Of a stretch of DNA of 64,000 nucleotides, positions 8,853-17,315 are shown piece by piece (position 1 is the first letter of the stretch; each line of letters opens with the position of its first letter). A model generated the notes under the pieces. It ran no database searches and had not been told where the DNA came from. It worked only from the letters and a program-made list of their open reading frames with translations. This stretch comes from a virus: the IMG/VR virus record IMGVR_UViG_3300020391_000004, positions 67,615 to 131,614 of that record, one strand, 5' to 3'. Made by a program: the position numbers and the translations under genes.

Positions 8853-10313
8853 TTAAATATTCCAATCAGCTTTTTCGACCGTGAATGGATAGTTTGCTTC
8901 TTTATAGAATGCTTTACGTTTTGTTAAATGTCTTTTTGCAAATTTACAAGTGCTGGTTATGTCCCAGATTTGTACGAAGTCTTTGTCTTCTGCTTTTCTG
9001 ATCCCTCTTCCAATACTTTGGATAACCCTAACAAAAGACTTGCCAGGCTCAACAAGCACAAGATTAAAAATACGAGGAATGTTAATACCCACCGCCGCCA
9101 CCCCGTAGGTTGCAATGATAACCTTTCCTGTAGCAGTTGATATCTCGTCATATTCTGTTTTTCTATCTGCACCTTTTGTACTCCCCGATACAAAGACACT
9201 ATCTGGTATACGACTTTCTAGTTCATTACCAGCCGCAATTCTATCAACTAAGATAAGTGTATTGCCTGTATCTTTTATACTATCACATAAACTACTTATA
9301 TAATCTAATCGACCTTTATCTTCTAATAAGTATTTAAGTTCACTCTGATAGTTAGTATGGATAGCGGTATCGATCATTTGTACTACGTTCACATGACACT
9401 CTGCAAGTACGCCTTTATCTTGTAATTCTTTTGCACTTATTTGATTTATTACAGGGCCAATACTACAAACTATTCCTACACTTTCAAACTTTTCTTTTGG
9501 CACTGTGCCTGTTAGTCCCCAACGGATAGGAATATGTGACATGACTCCGGTAAGTAGAGCAGTAAGTGCATCTGCTTTTGCCATGTGTACCTCATCAACC
9601 ATAATACAAACTACATCTTCAATAAATTCGCCTATAGTAATTGGTGCTACACTATTTTTTGTATTCTTTAACAATATATTAAGACTTTGCCATGTACAGA
9701 TTGTATGTGTTCTGCCAAACTCTTTACGGTCTCCAAAGTAAACACCAACATCTAATCCCATGTTTACATAATCTTCTTCTGTCTGTGTAACAAGACTTTT
9801 GTTTGGAACTATTACAATACTTCTACCATATTGTTCTACACTCTTACTGAGAGCCGCCGTCATTAAAGTTTTACCTGCACCTGTAGCAATTTCCTGTAGA
9901 CTTTGTTGATTATTTAGAAAGCCATTAATAGTTTCTACTTGATAGTCTCTTAGTTTTATAGGAGTTCCTGCAACTGGGTGTCCTTCGGGCCATAGTATAT
10001 CTGAAAATGTATCTTCGTCAACAGGTTCTAGTCTAAAGTCTGTTTCATATTCACGTAAGTCATTCAATGTAACGTCATACCCTTGGCTTTCTAATACAGG
10101 CAATATGTCAGGTAATAAATTTATATATGTGCTACCACCTAATTGAAAGAATGCTTTCTTGCCATCCCAACGTCCTAGTTTTACTGCTGGCAAATATCTG
10201 GCATAAGGTATCTCATACTTGAACATATTACTTAACTTACGTCTAGTGTCCAAGTCTAGTCCTTCTATCTTTACATTTACTTCATCTTTAACATGTAGCA
10301 CTGCTGGCTTCAT
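8853..10313 (-). CDS. uvsW: UvsW-like SF2 DNA helicase
   Basis: ATGAGKT, DEVH and QSIGRGIR motifs. Confidence 0.9.
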   Translation of the reverse strand: MKPAVLHVKDEVNVKIEGLDLDTRRKLSNMFKYEIPYARYLPAVKLGRWDGKKAFFQLGGSTYINLLPDILPVLESQGYDVTLNDLREYETDFRLEPVDEDTFSDILWPEGHPVAGTPIKLRDYQVETINGFLNNQQSLQEIATGAGKTLMTAALSKSVEQYGRSIVIVPNKSLVTQTEEDYVNMGLDVGVYFGDRKEFGRTHTICTWQSLNILLKNTKNSVAPITIGEFIEDVVCIMVDEVHMAKADALTALLTGVMSHIPIRWGLTGTVPKEKFESVGIVCSIGPVINQISAKELQDKGVLAECHVNVVQMIDTAIHTNYQSELKYLLEDKGRLDYISSLCDSIKDTGNTLILVDRIAAGNELESRIPDSVFVSGSTKGADRKTEYDEISTATGKVIIATYGVAAVGINIPRIFNLVLVEPGKSFVRVIQSIGRGIRKAEDKDFVQIWDITSTCKFAKRHLTKRKAFYKEANYPFTVEKADWNI

Positions 10314-11299
10314 ACTATCAGTCCTTTACTAATAGTTTTATTATACACAAGTTCGTCTAATTTATCAATCATTTTAGGTGTGTTTAATTTTTTAATTGCA
10401 ATCTCTCTTATATTACGTTTTAGTAACAAAGATCTGTTGAACTCTAGGCGTTTTATAATATCATTTGTTAAAATTTCATGTGCATTTTTAAGTATATCTT
10501 TATTATCATTCAATAATCTAAAGGTTCGATCAAAAGGATTGGTTATAAATTCACTGGTATAATCTACTACGTCAGTAAACATATCAAATCCAATTCGTTC
10601 CATACTTGTAGCCATTCCGTAACCACTAATAATTGGAATATTATATGCTAAGAATGACCAAAATGTTTTTTCACTAAGATGACATCCATATTCCCAAAAA
10701 CTTACATCATTAACAATGTTAAATACTGCGTCACTCGCGTGAGGATAAAATACATTTAAAAATGTATCAGCAGTTGGTGACTCAAATGGATCTGAACCAA
10801 TTAATTTCTTTGGTAATCCGGGATAAAGTTCATTTATAAAAAGTAAATGTTCTCCTATACCTTCGTCTTCTACATTAAATCCGGCAGTATAAAAATATTC
10901 TTTTGGTTCAAAATTTTGATTTATCCAACTACTAGCAATAATTCTATGAAATCTTGCTTTATTATTAAATGTAACAAATTTGTACTTGCGGGATAGTTTA
11001 GGTTTATCATCATTGTTGAATTGTTTTATATTAAGATCCATAATAGGTATATAAATTTTGTTAAAATTATCTTCAACATATATGTAACTATCATACAACC
11101 AAATTGTATGCTCTGGATCTATACAGTTATCAATTAATTTATTTTGTCCAATATTTTGTAATAAAAGTTCCTGTTTAGTCTTTGAATAGTCTATATCATA
11201 ATAGGAAAAATGATCAACAACTAATACAAAATTACTGTCAATAGTTTCATTATTATAATCTGAGCCTTCTATTTCTTTAAATGTACTTCGCAATTTCAC
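10310..11299 (-). CDS. hypothetical protein, glycosyltransferase-like
   Basis: Shares HR, SEKTF, PI..G, GF..F and DYT/DET motifs with 24114..25145. Confidence 0.5.
   Translation of the reverse strand: MKLRSTFKEIEGSDYNNETIDSNFVLVVDHFSYYDIDYSKTKQELLLQNIGQNKLIDNCIDPEHTIWLYDSYIYVEDNFNKIYIPIMDLNIKQFNNDDKPKLSRKYKFVTFNNKARFHRIIASSWINQNFEPKEYFYTAGFNVEDEGIGEHLLFINELYPGLPKKLIGSDPFESPTADTFLNVFYPHASDAVFNIVNDVSFWEYGCHLSEKTFWSFLAYNIPIISGYGMATSMERIGFDMFTDVVDYTSEFITNPFDRTFRLLNDNKDILKNAHEILTNDIIKRLEFNRSLLLKRNIREIAIKKLNTPKMIDKLDELVYNKTISKGLIV
10340..10368 (-). promoter_or_regulatory. sigma70-type promoter for uvsW (TTGATA-N17-TATAAT)
   Basis: Hexamers and 17-bp spacer read directly, ~25 bp upstream of the start. 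Confidence 0.55.
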
Positions 11300-11765
11300 T
11301 CGCTATCATTTGGTGTCCTTGTTCAAGAGGATGTCCATTAGGTCCTTTTGGTGCTTCGTAGCACCATTCTACTAGTCTACCTATATAGCAATTTAAATTT
11401 ATAGGCTCGTCCCAGGTTGTACAAAAATAATGTGGTATATCCAAAAATTTATCTAATGCAATCATTTGTGTAGCAAGTTTTTGTCTTGCCCATTCTTCGT
11501 CCCATTCAGTAAATAAGCCTGGACTAGTATTAGGAGTATGTTGATACCCATTTATTTCTATTCTGTTAGGAGTAGTCCATGCTACAATAACTGTGTCAAC
11601 AGTATGTTTATGCAGATAACCTATTGTATTTCTAAATATATAATCATTACTAGCTCCAGGCACTGCTAAGTTTACTACATCTTTACCAAGCAAATAGGGC
11701 CAAGACAGTTTAGGATCGCTTAGTTCACTTCCATAAGTAAAACTATCACCTATAGTTAATATCAT
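11277..11765 (-). CDS. SGNH/GDSL-hydrolase-like protein
   Basis: GDSFTYG, GASNDYI and HPLEQGH. Confidence 0.7.
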   Translation of the reverse strand: MILTIGDSFTYGSELSDPKLSWPYLLGKDVVNLAVPGASNDYIFRNTIGYLHKHTVDTVIVAWTTPNRIEINGYQHTPNTSPGLFTEWDEEWARQKLATQMIALDKFLDIPHYFCTTWDEPINLNCYIGRLVEWCYEAPKGPNGHPLEQGHQMIASEIAKYI

Positions 11766-11947
11766 TATCCTATCTCATCATTAAGCGGAAGTATTGTAAT
11801 GATAACTTGCCAGTTATTTGGATCATCAAACTCAAACTTGTTAACTCCTGCTTCATCAGCACGTTCTTTTGAATCATATACTCCAACTAACTTAGTATAA
11901 CCTGATTTTTTGTTCTGTTTTTCCACCAAATAAATGCTAGTTGTCAT
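11765..11947 (-). CDS. hypothetical protein
   Basis: 60-aa ORF with coupled start and stop overlaps. Confidence 0.55.
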   Translation of the reverse strand: MTTSIYLVEKQNKKSGYTKLVGVYDSKERADEAGVNKFEFDDPNNWQVIITILPLNDEIG

Positions 11948-12339
11948 AATATTGCTATTCTTTTTTGAATATTATCTACAAGACTACTTAGCCCGTTTCT
12001 CCGTTGTGCAGTAAGTAATTGTCTTATTCCTAGTAACTCTATATCCTGTTTTGTAATTGTTTTAGCTTCTTCTAAATTAATATCAGTAAAACAATCACAA
12101 ATGATACTAGTGATACCTTTTGTGATCATTGCATCACTATCGTAATAAACTTTTACAAGATTGTCTACAACTCCAACATCAATCCATATTTTACTCATAC
12201 AACCTCTAACCAGTCTATCATCAGTTCTTAATTCTTTTGGCAATGATGTGATGTGTTTGGCTAAATCTATTATATAAAATAACCTATCATTCTCATCTAA
12301 ATATTCGAACTCTTCTTTCCACTTTTGTATCTTATTCAT
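11944..12339 (-). CDS. sufE: SufE family cysteine desulfurase activator
   Basis: VRGCMSKIW (catalytic Cys), SDAMITKGI and RRNGL. Confidence 0.9.
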   Translation of the reverse strand: MNKIQKWKEEFEYLDENDRLFYIIDLAKHITSLPKELRTDDRLVRGCMSKIWIDVGVVDNLVKVYYDSDAMITKGITSIICDCFTDINLEEAKTITKQDIELLGIRQLLTAQRRNGLSSLVDNIQKRIAIL

Positions 12340-12698
12340 TCTTCTGGGCCTGGGTTAGGACTAAAATCTTTTGTCTTATCTTTATCATATCCGTTTGCAG
12401 GATTAAGTGCGTCTGCATTAGGCAATGGCTCTAACTTTTTAGTAATGTTGGGCCAAGCATCAGGCCCTGTACTATGTTTTGTATTGATGTCTAACCAATA
12501 TTGTAATTCGCTTGTCATAACAGTGTCAGGCACTATTGCATCTGCAGGGCATTCAGGTTCACAAACTCCGCAATCTATACATTCGTCTGGATTAATCACA
12601 ACTGTATTTTCGCCTACATAGAAACAATCTACGGGACAAACTTCAACACAGTCAGTGAATCTGCAATTAATGCATTTATCGTTTACAATATATGTCAT
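12336..12698 (-). CDS. fdxA: FdxA-type (7Fe/8Fe) ferredoxin
   Basis: [18 protein letters not shown] and [16 protein letters not shown]. Confidence 0.92.
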   Translation of the reverse strand: MTYIVNDKCINCRFTDCVEVCPVDCFYVGENTVVINPDECIDCGVCEPECPADAIVPDTVMTSELQYWLDINTKHSTGPDAWPNITKKLEPLPNADALNPANGYDKDKTKDFSPNPGPEE

Positions 12699-12716
12699 GA
12701 AATACTTTTCTATAGT

Positions 12717-12754
12717 AAAAAGAGCGAGTAACTATATTTATAATTACCCGCTCT
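12717..12754 (-). terminator. intrinsic terminator after AAA ATPase gene
   Basis: AGAGCG-GGUAA / UUACU-CGCUCU stem followed by U-run. Confidence 0.7.
12735..12742 (-). promoter_or_regulatory. T4-type late promoter TATAAATA upstream of fdxA
   Basis: Exact gp55 consensus, located in the loop of the terminator hairpin. Confidence 0.65.
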
Positions 12755-12763
12755 AGTAAATGA

Positions 12764-12803
12764 ATCGCGATCGGAGGAGAGAGAGGAGAGAGAGTCACGC
12801 GAT
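12764..12803 (-). ncRNA. candidate anti-Shine-Dalgarno RNA hairpin (3' UTR of AAA ATPase gene)
   Basis: AUCGCG/CGCGAU stem enclosing CUCUCUCUCCUCUCUCUCCUCC, two tandem complements of AGGAGAGA. Confidence 0.55.
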
Positions 12804-12812
12804 CCAAACTGT

Positions 12813-13859
12813 TTACACTCGCTTCATACAAGTGCTTTCTGCTAGTACCTTCCAATTGCTAGGACTAATCTTAGCAAGGTCGGCTACTTTCAAAGCCATT
12901 CTTAAACTTACTTCCCTGAACTTGTTACAGTTATCAGCGATAAAGTCTATAACTTCTGTTTCTAATTCTTTACTCATATCGTAACCTTTAAATAGATCAC
13001 CTTTATCTGCAATTTGTTTAACTCTAAGAATTTTATCTCTCATAGTATCTAATGTAAGATCCAAATAATGACATCTACTTTGTAGAGCTTCAAGATGATC
13101 TTGTAACTTCTTACTCCTAACATTCTCAAATTTAATGTTAGTAATAAAACAAGCACTGCCTTTAAATTCAAACTTATCTGGTATACCTTCACTTCTTAAT
13201 TTGTTACTTTCGGCATTCCAATATATCATTCTCTTCTTACCACTATCAAGTGCAGCCTTAAGAATGTTAAGTGCAAGATCATCCATTAATACACTATCAC
13301 AGTCATCAAACACTAAAACATTGCCTTTGTCTGAAAACTCATATAACTTTGCATAAAGTCCTAGTGCAGTCATTGCACCTTTAACAACTTCGTACTTACG
13401 TCTGCTACCTGCCATATCACCAAACAAACTACTTTTGTTTAGTTCTTCTTCAACACCATAACTTTTACCAACCCCCGGAGGACCAGTAACAATTAATGCT
13501 CTTATATCACTGTTTACAAGAGACTTAGTCATCTGATCTAATATCTCAAATCTAGTGCCAATTTCTGCAATTCTTTTTGCATCTTGTTCTGCAGTAAACT
13601 TAGGCTCTGCTTTTGCAACTACATCTGCTTTTGCACCTTCTTGCACATTAAAACTATCTTGCTCAACAAACTTAATATCTTCAGGTGTGTTTACTGCAAC
13701 ACGAATTTTTGTAGCCATATCACCAAATCTACAACTACCGTTGACAGTAACAAAACCTCCACCATCTTTTTTACTTTGAAAATTCTTAATTAAAGGAAAT
13801 ACAGTATTCTGTACTGCTTGATTCCTGTAACTACCGTTCTTGACTAATACATATGACAT
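12813..13859 (-). CDS. AAA+ ATPase family protein
   Basis: Walker A GPPGVGKS, Walker B VLVFDD, arginine-finger region SRC. Confidence 0.85.
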   Translation of the reverse strand: MSYVLVKNGSYRNQAVQNTVFPLIKNFQSKKDGGGFVTVNGSCRFGDMATKIRVAVNTPEDIKFVEQDSFNVQEGAKADVVAKAEPKFTAEQDAKRIAEIGTRFEILDQMTKSLVNSDIRALIVTGPPGVGKSYGVEEELNKSSLFGDMAGSRRKYEVVKGAMTALGLYAKLYEFSDKGNVLVFDDCDSVLMDDLALNILKAALDSGKKRMIYWNAESNKLRSEGIPDKFEFKGSACFITNIKFENVRSKKLQDHLEALQSRCHYLDLTLDTMRDKILRVKQIADKGDLFKGYDMSKELETEVIDFIADNCNKFREVSLRMALKVADLAKISPSNWKVLAESTCMKRV

Positions 13860-13885
13860 TCATCTCTCCATTTATGTCTTTGTTT

Positions 13886-14167
13886 TTAACTATAATTAAT
13901 AATAACATCTTTATTATCTGTGTCAACCTTAAAACCTAAATATTCTGCAGTTTCATAAATTAACTTTAATCTTTTTACACCTATACCAGGGATTTTAAGT
14001 AATTCTTTTTGAGTAATAGTTAAATCATTATAATTACATTCAAACTGACTGGCAAAAAAATCCATCTTTCTAAGTTCACCTGGAGTTTTACCTAATACTG
14101 CAAAATCAGACTTTAATTTATTATAAGGTATACTTTCATATTTACGAGCAAAATCACCAAATGTCAT
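13886..14167 (-). CDS. small protein with RNA polymerase alpha-CTD/HhH-like motif
   Basis: NDLTITQKELLKIPGIGVKRLKLIYE resembles the alpha-CTD dL...eLl.i.n.G.KS..EI pattern. Confidence 0.45.
   Translation of the reverse strand: MTFGDFARKYESIPYNKLKSDFAVLGKTPGELRKMDFFASQFECNYNDLTITQKELLKIPGIGVKRLKLIYETAEYLGFKVDTDNKDVIINYS
13899..13926 (-). promoter_or_regulatory. early promoter TTGACA-N16(TGT)-TATTAT
   Basis: Read directly; one of 8 copies. Confidence 0.85.
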
Positions 14168-14406
14168 TATATCATCTCATCTTGTGAATATTTGTAAGTA
14201 TTATATTGATCTTTGTAACATTCTACAAAATTGTAAATAGTTTTAACAAGTTTTATATCCTTAACACCACCAGTTGATTGGGCAATATCCATCATACTTA
14301 GTAGATCTTTTTCTGCACTACTTATTGAATCATGCTTACCAGTTTCATATTCAACTGTAACACTATCTTCTTTAACTACACCTGTTAATTGTATTTTCTT
14401 TTTCAT
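14167..14406 (-). CDS. hypothetical early protein
   Basis: 79-aa ORF with AGGAGAGA RBS behind an early promoter. Confidence 0.7.
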   Translation of the reverse strand: MKKKIQLTGVVKEDSVTVEYETGKHDSISSAEKDLLSMMDIAQSTGGVKDIKLVKTIYNFVECYKDQYNTYKYSQDEMI

Positions 14407-14421
14407 AAAGTTCTCTCCTAA

Positions 14422-14448
14422 TTTCTAACTATGCTGTTATAATAACAT
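14422..14448. repeat. 27-bp direct repeat (copy at 20411-20437) covering -10 box and leader
   Basis: TTTCTAACTATGCTGTTATAATAACAT is identical at both sites. Confidence 0.9.
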
Positions 14449-14466
14449 CGTTAGGATAGTTGTCAA
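14439..14466 (-). promoter_or_regulatory. early promoter TTGACA-N16(TGT)-TATTAT
   Basis: Read directly. Confidence 0.85.
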
Positions 14467-14467
14467 C

Positions 14468-14899
14468 CTATGTACTGAACTTTTTAATTCTTTTTTCATG
14501 TCTACCACCATCAAATTTTGTTTGTAAAAATGTATCTACAATATCTATTGTATCTGGTTCCAATGTTTGTAATGATCCGCCTAAACATAAAATATTACAA
14601 TTACCATGTGATCTAGCCTGTTCTGCTAATTCAATATTAAAACATAATGCTGCTCTTATATTTCTATGTTTATTTGCAGTAATAGCCATTCCTTGTCCAG
14701 TTCCACAAACTAATATTCCATAATCATATCCATTATGTAGTACGTAGTGTACTACTTTTTCAGCATAGTCCGGATAATCAACACTGTCCTCACTATGAGT
14801 GCCTAAATCAACATAGGCATGTTCTGTACTATCTAAATGTTCTTTTATCCATTCTTTTAATTTATAACCACCGTGATCACTTGCTATTGCTATTCTCAT
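14468..14899 (-). CDS. rpiB: ribose-5-phosphate isomerase B
   Basis: IASDHGG, DYPDYA, GILVCGTGQGM, ANKH, HGNCNILCLG and GGRHEKR; ATGA overlap with the upstream gene. Confidence 0.95.
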   Translation of the reverse strand: MRIAIASDHGGYKLKEWIKEHLDSTEHAYVDLGTHSEDSVDYPDYAEKVVHYVLHNGYDYGILVCGTGQGMAITANKHRNIRAALCFNIELAEQARSHGNCNILCLGGSLQTLEPDTIDIVDTFLQTKFDGGRHEKRIKKFST

Positions 14900-15981
14900 T
14901 GTAAATACCTTTTTGTACAAAGCCAACCAATTAATCTTTTATTTAAACCTGTAAATTTTTTATTATAAAGCAAAGGTCTCCATTGTTCTACTAAGTCATT
15001 ATAAGACTCCGAACCTTCCCAATTGGGCCATTCTTTTGCCCACTTATAATGAGTCACTTCATCATTCCATTTATGAGATCCAAAATAATTATCTACTATA
15101 TAGTTTAAATCTCTCATATTAGGTTTTATCAAAAATCTTTCATGCATAAAGATTCTACCTAAACTTTCATTTAAACTTTTAAATGCTCCGTTATTATTAG
15201 TTTTGTATACTATATCTGTGCCTGTAAATTGTTTATTTTTTATTAGCCATTTTTTTGCAAGATGTGATTGTTTAATAATTAACGGAGCACTTCCAATATA
15301 AAACATTTCTAAGTTTGATTCGCCCCAAGACTCATCATCTTGGTCATAAAAAAGAGAATGGTATCCTTTTTCATCTTTGTAAATAAAAGGTTTGTTTCCT
15401 CCTGTTAGGATACAACCATTTTTTAATATCTTTTGATATAAAGCAGGATGCCTAATTTGCACTGTTGATTCATACCCTATATGATGCATTACTAATAGAT
15501 AATTTGTTTTAGAAATATCATTGCCTGGCTTATGATTAAAAATACTATTCCCTTCATAATTATCTAATTTACGATCGTATAAAACTTTTGCTCCCATAAG
15601 TTTATCTTTATTTTCATTTAAATATTTTATAGAAAGTTGTGTATCTAAATTCCATTTTGTATCTGGATTACGCCCAACATACCATACACAAATATAATCT
15701 AATGGTATTTTATATTTTATAAAAGTTTGTAATAATGTATGACAATCAGTTCCGCCACCATAACACAACACAATTGTATCATATTTTTCCCGTAATTGTA
15801 TTGCACGTTGTCTTTGTAATTCTTCAACAGTTTCATCTGGTTCAATTGTCCAATCATATCCATCTAAGTATTCATCTAAAAGATAAGCATTAAATGATAA
15901 TAATGGATTATCAATTGCATATTTAACTGCTATAAATTTATTATTAAAATATTGATCGCCTACTCTCCATCCCCACTGCAT
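14896..15981 (-). CDS. adenine-nucleotide alpha-hydrolase (PP-loop)-like protein
   Basis: LREKYDTIVLCYGGGTDC is a variant of the SGGxDS PP-loop. Confidence 0.55.
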   Translation of the reverse strand: MQWGWRVGDQYFNNKFIAVKYAIDNPLLSFNAYLLDEYLDGYDWTIEPDETVEELQRQRAIQLREKYDTIVLCYGGGTDCHTLLQTFIKYKIPLDYICVWYVGRNPDTKWNLDTQLSIKYLNENKDKLMGAKVLYDRKLDNYEGNSIFNHKPGNDISKTNYLLVMHHIGYESTVQIRHPALYQKILKNGCILTGGNKPFIYKDEKGYHSLFYDQDDESWGESNLEMFYIGSAPLIIKQSHLAKKWLIKNKQFTGTDIVYKTNNNGAFKSLNESLGRIFMHERFLIKPNMRDLNYIVDNYFGSHKWNDEVTHYKWAKEWPNWEGSESYNDLVEQWRPLLYNKKFTGLNKRLIGWLCTKRYLQ

Positions 15982-17304
15982 TTAGTTCGCTCCTGCATAA
16001 TATTCATTTATCATTAAAAATGTATAAAAGTGATCTAAAAGGATATGTCCTACTACCATCCAAAATATAAAAGGAATATAATTAACTTGAGGAGTTTTCC
16101 AGGCAATAAATGTTGCAATACAAAATAAGACCATATTGAATAGTCCTTGTCCTTGTGTTGTTTCCCCTACCAAATAAGTTGTAAAACAAAGAATAAAAAA
16201 TACTACAATTTTAAGTATAGTATTATTATTAGGAACAATTTTTACAAAATGTTTTGCAAATTTAATTGCTAATGTTAGTGCTATTAGGTTTACAAGTAAT
16301 AATAAATGCCACTGATTTGAAAGTAATCCTAATACTTCATTAGCACTATTTTCCCAACCTTTAATATCAAGCATTGCATAAATTATTGCTTCACTGCCTG
16401 TTATAGGTATTCCAAACATCAATAATGGAAATAATTGTGTAATACTTCCTGCATTATTTGCAGTTTCACTGCTTGTTAAACAATAAGTATTACCAGGCTT
16501 ATAATTATTTTGAATTCTTTTTTCTGCAAGATAAGATAAATGTGATGCACTAATAGTTGTTAGTCCGGGCAATAGCCCTCCTAAACTACCTATTAAAGAC
16601 CCTCTTAGTATACACCATTTATGTGCAAATAACGACTTTATTCTTAGAAACTTTTCGCGACTTAATAGTTCTTTTTGGGAATGATCTTCAGCTGAAAGCA
16701 CCTCCTTCATACTTAAAAGACCTGCACATAAAGGAAAAAAATGAATACCTTGACTAAAAATTAAAATATCAAAATATGTTAATGGAATATTTGTATTCCC
16801 ACTATATCCAATATGGCATAATCCTATTGCTAAAATTATTAAAAAAACATCTAACATAAGTTTATTTTTAGTAGTCCATATTAAACTAATTCCTACAATG
16901 GCAAACAAAACAGACTTTTCAAAACTTGTCAATGATAAACTTATAGTAGCTAATGCCATCAAACCAATAGCAATTAATCCAAATGTTGTACCTATAAAAC
17001 TACCTACACCTGTCAAAAAAATTGCTTTTTGACCTTGGCCTTGTTTAGATAAATTATAACCTTCAACCACTGCAGGAAAGCTACTTGCTTCTCCTGCTAT
17101 GCCGAGATATATAGCAGTTACACTTCCAAAGTATTGGGCACTACATACCATACATGTGTAGAACATTAATAGTTCAACAGGTTGTAAATCAAGCAGAAGA
17201 GGATATAGAATAGCACATGCCACAAACATTCCTACTCCAGGAACACAACCGCATATAATTCCTACTGTGCTTCCTATTAAGGCTGCTTGTAAAATTTCAT
17301 ACAT
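15982..17304 (-). CDS. tctA: tripartite tricarboxylate transporter permease TctA-like
   Basis: Multi-TM; YFGSVTAIYLGIAGE, SETANNAGS and LLMFGIPITGSEA motifs. Confidence 0.85.
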   Translation of the reverse strand: MYEILQAALIGSTVGIICGCVPGVGMFVACAILYPLLLDLQPVELLMFYTCMVCSAQYFGSVTAIYLGIAGEASSFPAVVEGYNLSKQGQGQKAIFLTGVGSFIGTTFGLIAIGLMALATISLSLTSFEKSVLFAIVGISLIWTTKNKLMLDVFLIILAIGLCHIGYSGNTNIPLTYFDILIFSQGIHFFPLCAGLLSMKEVLSAEDHSQKELLSREKFLRIKSLFAHKWCILRGSLIGSLGGLLPGLTTISASHLSYLAEKRIQNNYKPGNTYCLTSSETANNAGSITQLFPLLMFGIPITGSEAIIYAMLDIKGWENSANEVLGLLSNQWHLLLLVNLIALTLAIKFAKHFVKIVPNNNTILKIVVFFILCFTTYLVGETTQGQGLFNMVLFCIATFIAWKTPQVNYIPFIFWMVVGHILLDHFYTFLMINEYYAGAN

Positions 17305-17315
17305 TTAATTGTATA

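Noticed and set aside
8957-9199. 80-aa out-of-frame ORF with a TM segment inside uvsW (possible overprinted lysis gene)
   Set aside because: Overlaps conserved helicase motifs V-VI that dictate the sequence; no convincing RBS seen
12760-12984. Plus-strand ORF MNRDRRRERRES spanning the GA-rich run
   Set aside because: Antisense to the AAA ATPase gene with no promoter or RBS; the low-complexity start only reflects the purine run
14896-15981. QueC / 7-deazaguanine DNA-modification pathway
   Set aside because: No QueC C-terminal Zn-cysteine motif, and no folE, queD, queE or dpdA seen in the window
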